A stretch of DNA of 64,000 nt, taken from Gammaproteobacteria bacterium. Its GTDB lineage: Bacteria > Pseudomonadota > Gammaproteobacteria > Eutrophobiales > Eutrophobiaceae. The notes below the pieces were generated by a model, which did not search any database, was not told where the DNA came from, and was given only the letters and a program-made list of their open reading frames with translations. Positions 31,564 through 42,008 of this stretch are shown piece by piece. The stretch is from the NCBI GenBank assembly GCA_965222155.1, contig CBDCTH010000012.1:3360001-3424000 (forward strand), read 5' to 3'. A program made the position numbers and the translations under genes. How positions within the stretch are numbered: the first letter of the stretch is position 1; each line of letters opens with the position of its first letter.

Positions 31564-32760
31564 ATGGCCGTAGACGAACACAAAATATCGAAAAAAACGC
31601 ACCCATCAATCGATCCTGACCCGTTATTACTGACGCCTGGGCCGTTAACGACCTCCACCACTGTGAAAGAGGCGATGTTGCATGATTATGGGTCACGGGA
31701 TGTATATTTTATTGAATTGAGCCGGCGGGTTTGTCTGGAACTGCTGTCTTTATGTGATGCCCGGAAAACTCACCTGTGCATCCCTTTGCAGGGCAGTGGT
31801 TCTTTTGCGGTGGAAGCCATGATTGCGAATCAATTGCCCAGGGAAGGAAAACTGCTCAATCTGGTTAACGGCGCTTACGGCCATCGAATTACCGAGATCT
31901 GCCACTACCTGGGGAGGCAGGTTAACGTCGTTCAAACAGAGGAAGACCGGCCTGCGGACGTAGCCGGTCTGGACGAGGCATTAATTAACGATGCTGGGAT
32001 CACGCATGTTTCGGTGGTCTATTGCGAAACCACGTCGGGGATCGTGAATCCCATTGCCGATATCGCTGAGGTGGTTGCAAGGCACGGGCGCGGGTTGCTG
32101 ATTGATGCCGTCAGCGCATTTGGCGCACTGCCGCTGAGCGCCGTTGACATACCGTTTGACGCACTGGCCGCCTCTGCCAACAAGTGTCTTGAAGGTGTTC
32201 CCGGTATGGGGTTTGTTATTGCGGCAAGGGACTCCTTCCGGCACACCGAGGGCAATGCCCACTCGTTGAGTCTCGACCTTCATGCTCAATGGCAATACAT
32301 GAAGACTAACGGTCAATGGCGGTTTACCCCTCCTACCCATTGTCTGCTGGCGCTGGACCAGGCCCTGCGGGAACTTGAAGAAGAGGGCAGTGTTCCGGGA
32401 CGTCGCAGCCGTTACGAAGATAATTGCCGGGTGCTTGTCAATGGGATGCGTGATTTGGGTTTTCAAACGTTGTTACCCGATGAATTACAGGCGCCTGTCA
32501 TAGTGACTTTTCTCACGCCGGGTGATAAGTCGTTCAGCTTTCCGGAGTTTTATCGGCGTTTAAATGCCCTCGGCTACGTGATTTATCCAGGCAAATTAAC
32601 GTGCGCTGATAGCTTCAGGATCGGTTGTATCGGCCATATCGTTGCGGAACAAATGGCCGCCGCAGTAATCGCGGTTGAACAGGTATTGCGGGAGATGAGC
32701 GTCGAGGATTGTGGCCCCGGGAACAATAATTCACCACTGCGCTCCAGCACGGGTCGTTGA
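31564..32760 (+). CDS. phnW: 2-aminoethylphosphonate-pyruvate transaminase
   Basis: LLTPGPLTTS, NGAYG.R, CETTSG, SANKCLEGVPG, QWRFTPPTH and IYPGKLT motifs. Confidence 0.93.
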   Translation: MAVDEHKISKKTHPSIDPDPLLLTPGPLTTSTTVKEAMLHDYGSRDVYFIELSRRVCLELLSLCDARKTHLCIPLQGSGSFAVEAMIANQLPREGKLLNLVNGAYGHRITEICHYLGRQVNVVQTEEDRPADVAGLDEALINDAGITHVSVVYCETTSGIVNPIADIAEVVARHGRGLLIDAVSAFGALPLSAVDIPFDALAASANKCLEGVPGMGFVIAARDSFRHTEGNAHSLSLDLHAQWQYMKTNGQWRFTPPTHCLLALDQALRELEEEGSVPGRRSRYEDNCRVLVNGMRDLGFQTLLPDELQAPVIVTFLTPGDKSFSFPEFYRRLNALGYVIYPGKLTCADSFRIGCIGHIVAEQMAAAVIAVEQVLREMSVEDCGPGNNNSPLRSSTGR

Positions 32761-32805
32761 TGAATCAGGATTTCAGTTCACCTTCCAGACATCTCCTGTG
32801 CGGAG

Positions 32806-34347
32806 GTGTTCGAAAAAATCACCTTTACCAAACTTATAATGATGCCTGATAACACTGGAAATTCACCCATTACAAATCCTGCCCAGTTACCGGCGTCGCC
32901 CGGCACGAGACCGGCATGGGACATATCCGACCTGCCCGCTCCGCCCGATTTCAATTTCCGCAACATTGTCAGGATTATCGGGCCGGGCGCCATAGTCTTG
33001 TCCATGTCCATAGGCCTGGGGGAGTGGGTACTGGGCCCGCTGGTGGTTACGCAGTACGGATTCACCATGCTGTGGGTGGTAACCGTCGCCATTATTTTAC
33101 AACTCGCCCTCAACCTGGAATTTATTCGTTATACGGTCTATACGGGCGAACCGGTGATTAATGGATTTTTGCGGCTCGGCCCTCATCCGCTGTTCTGGGG
33201 AGGGGTATACATCCTGTTGACGTTGTTTCATGCCGGCTGGCCGGCCTGGGCTGCAGCTTCCGCGGCGCCGTTATTCGCCGGTTTTACCGGCCATTTGCCG
33301 GGACCGGGTGATGAATCGGTCATGCGCTGGCTGGGGATCATGAACCTGTTGATTTGCGCCGCTATAGTTGCAGTCGGCGGGAAGGTCGAGCGTACCCTGG
33401 AAATAATCAACTGGTTTATGGTGTTATTCGTGTTTGGTTTTTTACTTTTCGTATGTGTGTTGATCGTACCTGCGGAAACCTGGTGGGCGGGCCTCCTGGG
33501 CTTCTTCGGGATGACGCCCGGGTTTGAATTCCTGCTCATCCCGGAAGACGTCAGTTGGATACTGATCGGTGGGTTCGCCGCATTCGCCGGGGCGGGCGGC
33601 ATGGCCAATCTCACCGTAAGTAATTATATGCGGGACAAAGGGATAGGCATGGGTAGCAAGGTGGGATATATTTCGACGCTGATTGGCGGCAGGAAGGTTG
33701 CCGTATCGCCCATCGGCTGTGTATTTCCTGCGAACGAAGCCAACCTGCAACGCTGGCGGGTCTGGTGGCAGTATGTGCGTTGTGATCAAATCCTTGTCTG
33801 GGCCGCGGGTTGTTTCGTCGGCATGTTTCTGAACTGTATACTGGCGGCGCATATTATTCCTGCCGGGACGGAATTGAGTGGCTTGTCCATCGGCGCCTTC
33901 CAGGCTGAATATCTGGCCCGGAAGGAAGGCGCCTTACTGGGTTTCGTCACCCTGGTAAACGGTTTCTGGATTCTGTTCGGCAGCCAGTTGGTCACCATTG
34001 ACCTGATGGCGCGTATCAACACTGATCTTATCTGGAGCATGAGTGAGCGCGTCAGGCGCATTACCGGCAACGATATCCGGCGCCTGTATTATTTTCTGCT
34101 GATTACTTTTGTACTGTGGGGATGTATTGCCATCAACCTGGCACAACCTAAAGCGCTGGTGCTGATTTCCTCCAATGTCGCAGGGTTTATCCTGGTCGTC
34201 AGCGCCGTTCATATCCTGATACTCAACCACAAGGCCCTGCCGCGGGCCGTCAGAAGCCCCTGCTGGGCGAGGGGCCTGGTCGCCTGTACGGCTTTGTTTT
34301 ACGGATTCTTCTTTGTGCAGAACCTGCTTGAACTGTTGGGATGGTAG
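32806..34347 (+). CDS. Nramp-like (APC superfamily) membrane transporter
   Basis: IGPGAI...IGLGEW..GP, RYT.YTGE, about 12 TM segments. Confidence 0.8.
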   Translation: MFEKITFTKLIMMPDNTGNSPITNPAQLPASPGTRPAWDISDLPAPPDFNFRNIVRIIGPGAIVLSMSIGLGEWVLGPLVVTQYGFTMLWVVTVAIILQLALNLEFIRYTVYTGEPVINGFLRLGPHPLFWGGVYILLTLFHAGWPAWAAASAAPLFAGFTGHLPGPGDESVMRWLGIMNLLICAAIVAVGGKVERTLEIINWFMVLFVFGFLLFVCVLIVPAETWWAGLLGFFGMTPGFEFLLIPEDVSWILIGGFAAFAGAGGMANLTVSNYMRDKGIGMGSKVGYISTLIGGRKVAVSPIGCVFPANEANLQRWRVWWQYVRCDQILVWAAGCFVGMFLNCILAAHIIPAGTELSGLSIGAFQAEYLARKEGALLGFVTLVNGFWILFGSQLVTIDLMARINTDLIWSMSERVRRITGNDIRRLYYFLLITFVLWGCIAINLAQPKALVLISSNVAGFILVVSAVHILILNHKALPRAVRSPCWARGLVACTALFYGFFFVQNLLELLGW

Positions 34348-34419
34348 TGTTCAGCGTGTTTCATTGCTGTCCGCTTATGGTGTATGCTTATGACAAAAAG
34401 TATGATCTTGCTCTGGTAC

Positions 34420-34489
34420 AGGAAAAAATGCAGCTTACATAAATATAATCAATAGGTTAGAATAGCTTTTAGGGTTTTTCAGGGACGAC
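34420..34489 (-). mobile_element. Orphan IS5 end
   Basis: Similar to 9990-10057, ending GGGTTTTTCAGGGACGAC-TA. Confidence 0.7.
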
Positions 34490-34494
34490 TAACT

Positions 34495-34665
34495 AGTTGT
34501 AGCTCGACCCCAACGCCGGATATGCAAAGAATGGCATCACAAGCATGCAGACAGTGGGGTTATCAGAGCGCCAGTCCTTTTGGTGGCTACAGGCAGATTC
34601 CCAGAGATGCTTATAATGGTAACATTGAAATCAGCTATCAATGCTTAGGGGACCTGGAAAAGTAA
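34495..34665 (+). pseudogene. 5'-truncated YecR-like lipoprotein
   Basis: Not in the ORF track; reads ...ASQACRQWGYQSASPFGG...ISYQCLGDLEK*, starting at the IS end. Confidence 0.55.
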
Positions 34666-34745
34666 CTAGCTCTGGTTGACGAGCACGCGTTGGAAAGCTC
34701 AAGACGGGAGCTTTATATCGTAATAAAACCAGAGGTAATCAGACT

Positions 34746-35054
34746 ATGGAATTATTCTTGTGGGCAGTAGTATTGGGCCTAATTCCAGCGCTTATTGCAC
34801 AGAGTAAAGGTAAATCATTTATTGGATGGTGGATATATGGTGCCCTTCTATTTATCGTTGCACTCCCTCATGCGCTTATAGTGAAGGCAGATCAAAAGAC
34901 GATTGAAACCAGGCAATTATCTGAAGGAATGAAAAAGTGCCCGTATTGTGCAGAGATGATCAAGCAGGAAGCTAATGTCTGCAGGTATTGTGGTAAGGAT
35001 TTGGCGGAAAACACCAAAACTGATTCAACGACAACAACAGGAGAATTATTATGA
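34746..35054 (+). CDS. Membrane-anchored zinc-ribbon protein
   Basis: Two TM segments ([13 protein letters not shown]) plus [18 protein letters not shown]. Confidence 0.85.
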   Translation: MELFLWAVVLGLIPALIAQSKGKSFIGWWIYGALLFIVALPHALIVKADQKTIETRQLSEGMKKCPYCAEMIKQEANVCRYCGKDLAENTKTDSTTTTGELL

Positions 35055-35215
35055 CTGAGAAAGAAAGACCCGACCTGGAAGAGATCATCAAAAGGGAAGA
35101 TATTGAAAAAAACACGCCGAGCGACGATCTTATAAAAGAGCAGGAGAGGTATAACCAGACCATCAGGGATACGCAACCACCGCCTGAACATGATCCTGAT
35201 GGTAAGCAAAAGTAG
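35051..35215 (+). CDS. Small hydrophilic peptide
   Basis: ATG overlaps the previous stop (ATGA), GGAG RBS; [11 protein letters not shown]...[13 protein letters not shown]. Confidence 0.45.
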   Translation: MTEKERPDLEEIIKREDIEKNTPSDDLIKEQERYNQTIRDTQPPPEHDPDGKQK

Positions 35216-35274
35216 TTGACAAATCAGCAATCTAGTGCTTTCTTAAGTTATAGCATGATATTAGGAATCCTGAA

Positions 35275-35820
35275 ATGACTGATCAAACAAAAGCCTATCG
35301 CGACTTGTTGTTCGGCATACGTCGTTCGGTGCGCTATCACAGCCGTCGGCGTCAGCACTATGAATTCTTCCATAAATCCGTTCTGTTCTTAGCGTTAGTA
35401 TTGGGGTTTGTAACAGTCGCCGCGTTTGCCGATGCCATCGGCGCTGAATGGGATACCTGGATGAAGGCCCTGCCGGCAGCGGCAGTCAGTGTCCTGGCTG
35501 CGCTGGATCTTGTAATCGGAACTACAACAAAATCCTGGCAGCATGCTGACCTGTTGCGTCAGTTCATTGAGCTCGAGCGGGATATGCAGCTTAGGTCTCA
35601 GGAACCTCTTGACGACCTGGTTCGTGAAATTACCGGCAGGCGTCTACAAATCGAAGCTTCCGAGCCGCCGGTGCTGAGGGTGCTGGATACGATTTGCCAT
35701 AACGAGCAGCTGCGCTCCATGGGCTACAAGCCTGAAGACGAGGTGAAGGTGGGCATATTTCAGCGCCTGTTTGCGCCCCTTTTTGATTTGGCGGAGTGGC
35801 GGTTGCATTCTAATCATTAA
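35275..35820 (+). CDS. SLATT-like two-TM protein
   Basis: LLFGIRRSVRYHSRRR, two hydrophobic helices, H..L...F..LE and EPPV motifs. Confidence 0.6.
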   Translation: MTDQTKAYRDLLFGIRRSVRYHSRRRQHYEFFHKSVLFLALVLGFVTVAAFADAIGAEWDTWMKALPAAAVSVLAALDLVIGTTTKSWQHADLLRQFIELERDMQLRSQEPLDDLVREITGRRLQIEASEPPVLRVLDTICHNEQLRSMGYKPEDEVKVGIFQRLFAPLFDLAEWRLHSNH

Positions 35821-35955
35821 GGGATTATTTCTCTCAAAGCTCGTCGGGTCAGCGTATATGGCGTGATCCGAACAGCGTAGCACCCAGCGACCACAGCCGC
35901 CGGCGAATGAATGGTATATTTGCGGGCGAAACTACAGCTTTAGGAGGCTGATATT

Positions 35956-36144
35956 ATGAAGGACTTTTTGAAATCAGTTTTACAGGATGATCAAGGTAAT
36001 CCATCATCAATGCGCCTTATGTCGCTTATTGCTTTATCCACTGCAATAGGGCTTGCTGTCGCCCCGTTTGTTTTCAAACACGAGGGCGATCCAATTCATG
36101 TGTTGTATTTTCTAACTGCCGCGTTCGCACCGAAGGCAGTATAA
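35956..36144 (+). CDS. Holin-like small membrane protein, possibly with a premature stop
   Basis: DDQGNPSSMRL plus two TM segments; ...APKAV-TAA-KFAEK suggests a CAA>TAA change. Confidence 0.45.
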   Translation: MKDFLKSVLQDDQGNPSSMRLMSLIALSTAIGLAVAPFVFKHEGDPIHVLYFLTAAFAPKAV

Positions 36145-36601
36145 AAATTCGCTGAAAAAAGTAAGAATAGAGCGATCAGGATATCTTCCCAATCATAACA
36201 AGCCCGTATAATGCGCCGATCACTGTTGCTGTAATAATTGCCCATTTTATTGCGTCAGCTATCCCTTGGTTTGCTGTCAACGAATAGCGGGGGACTTCTT
36301 TTGAATCATCCATGGGAGGATTGGTGATTATCCATACTCCCGTCTGTAAAGTCACCGCTTTCCACGGCCAGAACAGAATTGCCGCCGCTCCAGACCCAAA
36401 GCGGTTCGTCAGGCACTTTGATTTTTGCCCACTGACCCGGCAGCAGTTCAATCCCCGTTTCGTCAGTTGGGGCATTGGCTGCGTTATTTTTCGCAAGACT
36501 CTAGTAACGGACTGATTGCCTGAACGGTATACTTTATTAATTTTCCGGCTGTTTTATAATCAACAATCCCAATCATGATCAGGAGTTTAAGGAGACATGT
36601 T

Positions 36602-37183
36602 ATGACATTAAAACGTATTCTGTGTATCGCCCTGCTTTCTTCCACCTTTTTAGTGCTGAGCAGAGGCGCCGTTGCGGCTGAATATGAAATTGATATCGAA
36701 GGTATGCACGCGGCGATCCAGTTCCGAATCATTCACCTGGGCTACAGTGTTTTGACCGGTCGCTTTAATGACTTCGGCGGCAGCTTCAGCTGGGATAAAG
36801 ACAACCCGGGCGCCGCATCGATTAATGTGACGATTAAAACTGCCAGTTTCGATTCAAATCATGCGGAACGGGATAAGCACCTCCGGGAAGCGGATTTTCT
36901 GGACGTGGAAAAATACCCGGAAGCGACCTTCAAGAGCACGAAGTACAATGGCGATGCCGGCGGCGGCAAACTGGAGGGTATATTGACCCTGCACGGCGTC
37001 AGCAAACCCATCACGATAGATGTGGCATATATCGGCGAAGGGGATGATCCCTGGGGCGGTTACCGCGCCGGTTTTGAGGGTAAGGTAACTTTGCGCCGTT
37101 CGGATTTCGGCATGATGTATGAGCTCGGCCCCAGGTCGGATGAGATGGAACTGGACCTGTTTATTGAAGGAGTCAGGAAATAA
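36602..37183 (+). CDS. yceI: YceI-family periplasmic lipid/quinone-binding protein
   Basis: Signal peptide, HLGYS...GRF, ERDKHLR..DF, LTLHGV and DPWGGYRAGF motifs. Confidence 0.93.
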   Translation: MTLKRILCIALLSSTFLVLSRGAVAAEYEIDIEGMHAAIQFRIIHLGYSVLTGRFNDFGGSFSWDKDNPGAASINVTIKTASFDSNHAERDKHLREADFLDVEKYPEATFKSTKYNGDAGGGKLEGILTLHGVSKPITIDVAYIGEGDDPWGGYRAGFEGKVTLRRSDFGMMYELGPRSDEMELDLFIEGVRK

Positions 37184-37190
37184 CAAAAAA

Positions 37191-37256
37191 GGGGACAGAT
37201 TTCAAATCTGTCCCCGGCGCTCCCGGCATTCGTCGGAATGACAGGAGCGCCGGGGA
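37191..37256. repeat. REP-like palindrome GGGGACAGATTTCAAATCTGTCCCC plus an adjacent hairpin
   Basis: Related palindrome also at ~5270, ~39475 and ~59751. Confidence 0.75.
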
Positions 37257-37302
37257 ATAGGGTAATCTGTGGACAAATTCTGATGAAATCATGGGCTGGT
37301 CC

Positions 37303-37848
37303 ATGCTGATAAAAAATACACCCGCCCGTTTCGGCCTGTTCAGTAAACTGCTGCACTGGCTTATTGCCATTCTCATCCTTGGCCTGATCTGGTTGGGCTG
37401 GTACATGGTGGATCTGACTTACTATGACAAGTGGTATAACGATTCGCTGCATTACCATAAATCCCTGGGTATCCTGGCGCTGGCCCTGGCACTGGTCAAG
37501 ATCGGCTGGCAACAATATACGCCTGCGTCTGGACCATTAGCCGGCTTGCAATCATGGGAAAGGAGCGGGGCAAAGTTCATGCACTATGTTTTATGGGGCA
37601 TGATGTTATTAATTCCCGTTACCGGTTACCTCATTTCCACTTCCGCTGGAAAACCCATCCAATTGTTCAACTGGTTTGCACTGCCCGCCGTCATTGATGT
37701 GGATGAGGGACTCAGGGATCTCGCCATAACCGTCCACTATTACCTGGCATACGCCACCCTGTTCCTGGTTGTGGGGCACGCCGGCGCCGCGTTAAAACAT
37801 CACTTCATCAACAGGGACGACACTCTCAAACGCATGCTATGGAAATAA
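37303..37848 (+). CDS. Cytochrome b561 (YceJ-like)
   Basis: LHWL, HKSLG, HYVL, H..AALKHHF heme-ligand pattern; adjacent to yceI. Confidence 0.92.
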   Translation: MLIKNTPARFGLFSKLLHWLIAILILGLIWLGWYMVDLTYYDKWYNDSLHYHKSLGILALALALVKIGWQQYTPASGPLAGLQSWERSGAKFMHYVLWGMMLLIPVTGYLISTSAGKPIQLFNWFALPAVIDVDEGLRDLAITVHYYLAYATLFLVVGHAGAALKHHFINRDDTLKRMLWK

Positions 37849-38025
37849 ACATGGATGCACAGGATGGACAGGATAAAATGAAATAGTCTGTTATTCTCGC
37901 CGGCCTGATGTAATGGTTACATTCCCGTTCAATGGACCATCAAACAAACGATAACATTCCGGAACATTATCCTTAATAATGACGTAAACTCCTGACTAAT
38001 CCTGTATATCCTGTACATCAATGTG
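37849..38025. repeat. Inverted CAGGAT-type repeat pair between convergent genes
   Basis: ACATGGATGCACAGGATGGACAGGAT ... ATCCTGTATATCCTGTACATCAATGT. Confidence 0.5.
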
Positions 38026-38027
38026 AA

Positions 38028-39404
38028 TCAACCCTGGCCCAGTGCCAGGTAACAGACCACCGTTATCACAACCGCCAGTATCAGGTTCAGCACGAATCCC
38101 CCCTGCACCATTTCCCGGATAGTGACGTAGCCTGTACCGAATACGATGGCATTGGGGACGGTAGCAACCGGCAGCATGAAGGCGCAGGATGCCGACATCG
38201 CGGCCGGGATCATCATCAACTCGGGGCTTACACCTACGGCCATCGCCGTTGCCGCAAAGATAGGCATCAGCAACGTGGTCGTTGCGGTATTGGAGGTAAT
38301 CTCGGTCAGGAATGTCACGCCCAGGCAGATGCACAGCAGCAGCACGGGTACGGGAAACATGGCCAGGACGGCCAGTTTTTGCGCGATCAACTCTGCCAGG
38401 CCGCTGGATGAAAATGCCTTGGCAATGGTTATGCCGCTGGCGAAAAGAATTAACATGCCCCAGGGAATGTCAACAGCCGTCTTCCAGTCCAGCAACCGGT
38501 CACCCTTGCCGGACGGCAATATAAACATGACAAGCACGGCAGCCAGCGCCACGGTGGCGTCGCCTACTCCGGGCGTTCCCAACAGGCCTGACCAGCCACC
38601 GAAGGGCTCAGAGCGCGTTATCCATAATACTATTGTGGTTCCGAACACCGCCAGAACGCGTATTTCATTCATCTGCCACGGGCCGGCTGTAGGCAGGTCC
38701 AGGGTTTCTTTCCAGGTAACGTTGCGAGTCAGCCACAATGCCATCAGGGGCAGACCGCATGCGACGACCGGGAGGCCGATCTTCATCCAGTCCACAAACG
38801 TGAATTCGAGGCCGGTAAACTCCGAATAAATACCTGAGAATATGATGTTGGGCGGTGTGCCTATCAGGGTTGCGACACCCCCCAGTGAGGAGGAATGGGC
38901 GAGACCGAGAACGACGGCAATCGCAAGTGCCTTGTTCTCCACCTGTTTGAGTACTGCCAGGGCAATCGGGATCAGAATCAGGGTTGTGGCCGTATTGCTG
39001 ATCCACATGGACAACGATGCCCCGGTCAACATGAAGGCAAACACGATGCGTTTCCCGCTGCCGCCGACCGTATGCAAAATCGCCAGGGCAAAGCGCCTGT
39101 GTACGCCGGATCTTTCCAGGGATTTTGCCAGCATGAAACCGCCCATCAGCAGCAGGATCACCGGGCTGCCCAGGCCCGCTGCCGCTTCCTTGTGGGTCAG
39201 GACGTTGGTCAGCGGGAAGGCAAAAAACGGGATCAGTGAGGTCGCCGGTATCGGGATGGTTTCCGTGACCCACCAGGTTGCGGTCAGCAGGGTTATCGCC
39301 GCGGTCATGGCAATAACGTACTCAATATCAAAATATTGCAGCAGGAAGAACAGCAGGACGGATGCCAGGGGGGCCGCAAATAACGTGATTGACTTGATTG
39401 TCAT
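38028..39404 (-). CDS. SLC13/DASS sodium:anion symporter
   Basis: SMWISNTAT, GTPPN, TEITSNTAT and AFMLPVATVPN motifs. Confidence 0.93.
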   Translation of the reverse strand: MTIKSITLFAAPLASVLLFFLLQYFDIEYVIAMTAAITLLTATWWVTETIPIPATSLIPFFAFPLTNVLTHKEAAAGLGSPVILLLMGGFMLAKSLERSGVHRRFALAILHTVGGSGKRIVFAFMLTGASLSMWISNTATTLILIPIALAVLKQVENKALAIAVVLGLAHSSSLGGVATLIGTPPNIIFSGIYSEFTGLEFTFVDWMKIGLPVVACGLPLMALWLTRNVTWKETLDLPTAGPWQMNEIRVLAVFGTTIVLWITRSEPFGGWSGLLGTPGVGDATVALAAVLVMFILPSGKGDRLLDWKTAVDIPWGMLILFASGITIAKAFSSSGLAELIAQKLAVLAMFPVPVLLLCICLGVTFLTEITSNTATTTLLMPIFAATAMAVGVSPELMMIPAAMSASCAFMLPVATVPNAIVFGTGYVTIREMVQGGFVLNLILAVVITVVCYLALGQG

Positions 39405-39415
39405 TCTTATAATTC

Positions 39416-39591
39416 CAGGTGCTCCCGCTAACTCGAAGTCAATACAGTGATTCTTGCCGGATTTGAAGACAGAGGGGACAGATTTAAATCTGTCCCCCAG
39501 GAGTCACGGGCATTTTCCCCTGGGAGCGAGGGCGTCTCGCCCTCCACGAGGGCAGGATGCCATCGCTCCCGGGAGTTAGCGGGAACTGCTG
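39416..39591. mobile_element. MITE with CAG..CCCGCTAA terminal inverted repeats, copy 2
   Basis: Same ends and internal hairpins as 5230-5370; flanks ttataattc/ttattattc. Confidence 0.75.
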
Positions 39592-39764
39592 TTATTATTC
39601 CTGATATCTTGCCTGTTTTCTATTACATTATATTATCAGGGGTAGCATGAATACTTTATCCATAAATTATCAGGATGCAGGTCATGATACATCGATATCT
39701 GAAAGGCATTGGTTGAAATTCAACATAATTTCCCTTACACAAACACGGCCCGGGAGATATTAAA

Positions 39765-40979
39765 ATGCTGTTTACTCGTCGTGCATTTATAGGCGTAGCG
39801 TCGGCTGCCTCCGCGTTGCTGGCCGGCAGCGCAGCTGCAAAACCGGCTTCTTCATCACAGGATCCCCTCGGTGTCCGTGTTGATTTCCCCGGCGTAGAGA
39901 AAACCATATTTTTCGATTCAGCCTATACGGCGCTTTCACCCAGGCAGGCAGTCGGGGCGGCGCAGGCGTTTCTTGGTTCCATAGGTCACAACCCGCCAAA
40001 TGTGCCGGAAATGATGCATGAGTCAGAGCTGGCACGCGAACGTTTTGCAGGATTAATAGGCGCCGCACAGGAAGAGATTGGACTGCTCTATGCGACCAGT
40101 GATGGCGAAAACATCGTCTCACGGGCGTTGAACATGCAGGCAGGCGATAATGTGGTTATTGACGATCTTCATTACCAGTCCACCTATGTCCTCTATCAGC
40201 ATCTGAAAGAAAAACTGGGGATCGAGGTACGGATCGTGCGGAATATAAACGGAGCAACGCCGGCAGAAATGTTTGTGCCATATGTGGACGAACGCACACG
40301 ATTAATCTCCGTCTCCTGGGTGTCACACTTCAACGGTTATCGTCAGGACCTGCAGGCCCTGGCAGATCTTGTCCATGAACAGGGCGGCTGTCTGTATGCC
40401 GACGCCATACAGGGCATAGGTATGCTGGACCTGGATGTGAAAGCTGTTGATGTCGATTTCCTCACCAGTGGCAGTTATAAGTGGTTACTGGCGGGTTATG
40501 GTGTGGCGCCGTTTTATGTACGCAAAGAGCTTTTGGACCTGGTGAGCACGGACCGTTCCGGTGGTTTCCAGGCGGCCGAGGCGCTGGGCGATCATCAATA
40601 CAGACTCCATACGGATGGACGCAAATATCAGTACGCCACCATGTCATTCGGCGCCGTCTATCACCTCAATGCGGCGCTGGAATACATTCTTGGGATTGGC
40701 GTCACCAATATTGAGCGCCATACGGTCGGCCTGGCCCATCGGCTTCGCCAGGGTCTTGCGTCACAAGGATTTGAAATCAACACACCTGCCGGCAATGCAT
40801 CGTCCATTGTCACATTTCAACACGGGAGAGACGCCAAAGCGGTTCGACGTGATCTCAAGGCAGGGGGGGTTAAAATAAACATCAGCGACAACCAGTCCCA
40901 CCTTCGAGTCGGTATCGCACTTTATAATAATGCAGCGGAAATAGATCAATTTCTCAAGTTGACCGGCAACTGGAAGTAA
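39765..40979 (+). CDS. Class V PLP aminotransferase/lyase with a Tat signal
   Basis: FTRRAFIG Tat motif; ADAIQGIG and SGSYKWLL PLP-lysine motifs. Confidence 0.85.
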   Translation: MLFTRRAFIGVASAASALLAGSAAAKPASSSQDPLGVRVDFPGVEKTIFFDSAYTALSPRQAVGAAQAFLGSIGHNPPNVPEMMHESELARERFAGLIGAAQEEIGLLYATSDGENIVSRALNMQAGDNVVIDDLHYQSTYVLYQHLKEKLGIEVRIVRNINGATPAEMFVPYVDERTRLISVSWVSHFNGYRQDLQALADLVHEQGGCLYADAIQGIGMLDLDVKAVDVDFLTSGSYKWLLAGYGVAPFYVRKELLDLVSTDRSGGFQAAEALGDHQYRLHTDGRKYQYATMSFGAVYHLNAALEYILGIGVTNIERHTVGLAHRLRQGLASQGFEINTPAGNASSIVTFQHGRDAKAVRRDLKAGGVKINISDNQSHLRVGIALYNNAAEIDQFLKLTGNWK

Positions 40980-41011
40980 GCATTACCCTTTTCCCTGTAT
41001 TGGTAGACGCA

Positions 41012-41884
41012 ATGAATTACGTGGTCAAATTCATCCTGCTTACACAGTTGCTGACCCCGTACAATCCGCTCGCGGCAAGTCCGGAGTGTACGCTGGATGA
41101 ATTCCCCGAACATTACATCCGGGTCTACGAAAATCAGGGACTGCTTAACCCGTGCTACCATCAACTCATCGACAACCTGGATGATGCCCGGGCAGTCCAG
41201 GCAGACCTGGTCGGTCTGATGGCCGGCCGCTATCAGCAGGCTGGTTACAAAGTGGGCCTCACGGACAGGACAGCACAGGAAATGTTTGGCATACCTCAAC
41301 CGTTAGTCGGTGTCTTGTTCAGGGAAATGTTACTGCCGGACGGAGCTGTTATCGCGCTGGATTCCGCCACGTCGCTGCTGCTGGAACTGGATCTGCTGGC
41401 GCGGGTAAAATCGGCTGAAATCAATCAGGCCGTATCGATTGAAGACGTTGCCCCGCATATTGATGCAATCATCCCGTTTATTGAACTACCCGACGCGTTG
41501 TTCAGGCTTGATGGCGGCAGCGCGGCAGCGCTGTTACTGGCCGGCAACGTAGGCGCCAGGTGGGGTGTAACCGGTACTCCCGTAACAGTAGTTAATGCGC
41601 AAGACCTGGTCGAGTATCTCCCCGCCATGACGCTTCATCTGGAGACGGATACAGGCGCGCTAATACGCCAGGGGCAGGGAAACCAAATTTTGGGACACCC
41701 ATTAAATTCCGTCCTGTTTTTACTGAAGGAATTAGCCCTGAGAAATGAAATATTGAAGCCAGGGCACATAATCAGCCTGGGCGCTATCGGAGGACCGGTG
41801 AAGGCAGAGCAGGGCAGGCGTTATACGGCGAAGTATTCCGGTTACGGCGAGAAGGAATTCAGTGTATCCGTCACAATCCGGTAG
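41012..41884 (+). CDS. 2-keto-4-pentenoate hydratase (FAH)-family protein, possibly exported
   Basis: GYKVGLT, ELDL, PFIELPD, ILGHPL and ISLG motifs; hydrophobic N-terminus. Confidence 0.8.
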   Translation: MNYVVKFILLTQLLTPYNPLAASPECTLDEFPEHYIRVYENQGLLNPCYHQLIDNLDDARAVQADLVGLMAGRYQQAGYKVGLTDRTAQEMFGIPQPLVGVLFREMLLPDGAVIALDSATSLLLELDLLARVKSAEINQAVSIEDVAPHIDAIIPFIELPDALFRLDGGSAAALLLAGNVGARWGVTGTPVTVVNAQDLVEYLPAMTLHLETDTGALIRQGQGNQILGHPLNSVLFLLKELALRNEILKPGHIISLGAIGGPVKAEQGRRYTAKYSGYGEKEFSVSVTIR

Positions 41885-42008
41885 CCGTGGCGTGTTAAAT
41901 TATCCGTAACAGTTCTTCTGACGTCATTACCTGGGCCGTCCAGTCATCCAATATCTCGAAGTAGATTTCCGAATGGTTTCCCAGGGCGCCGAGCCAGTGC
42001 AAATAGAA

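Noticed and set aside
34490-36180. Integron cassette array
   Set aside because: No integrase and no convincing attC sites between the small genes
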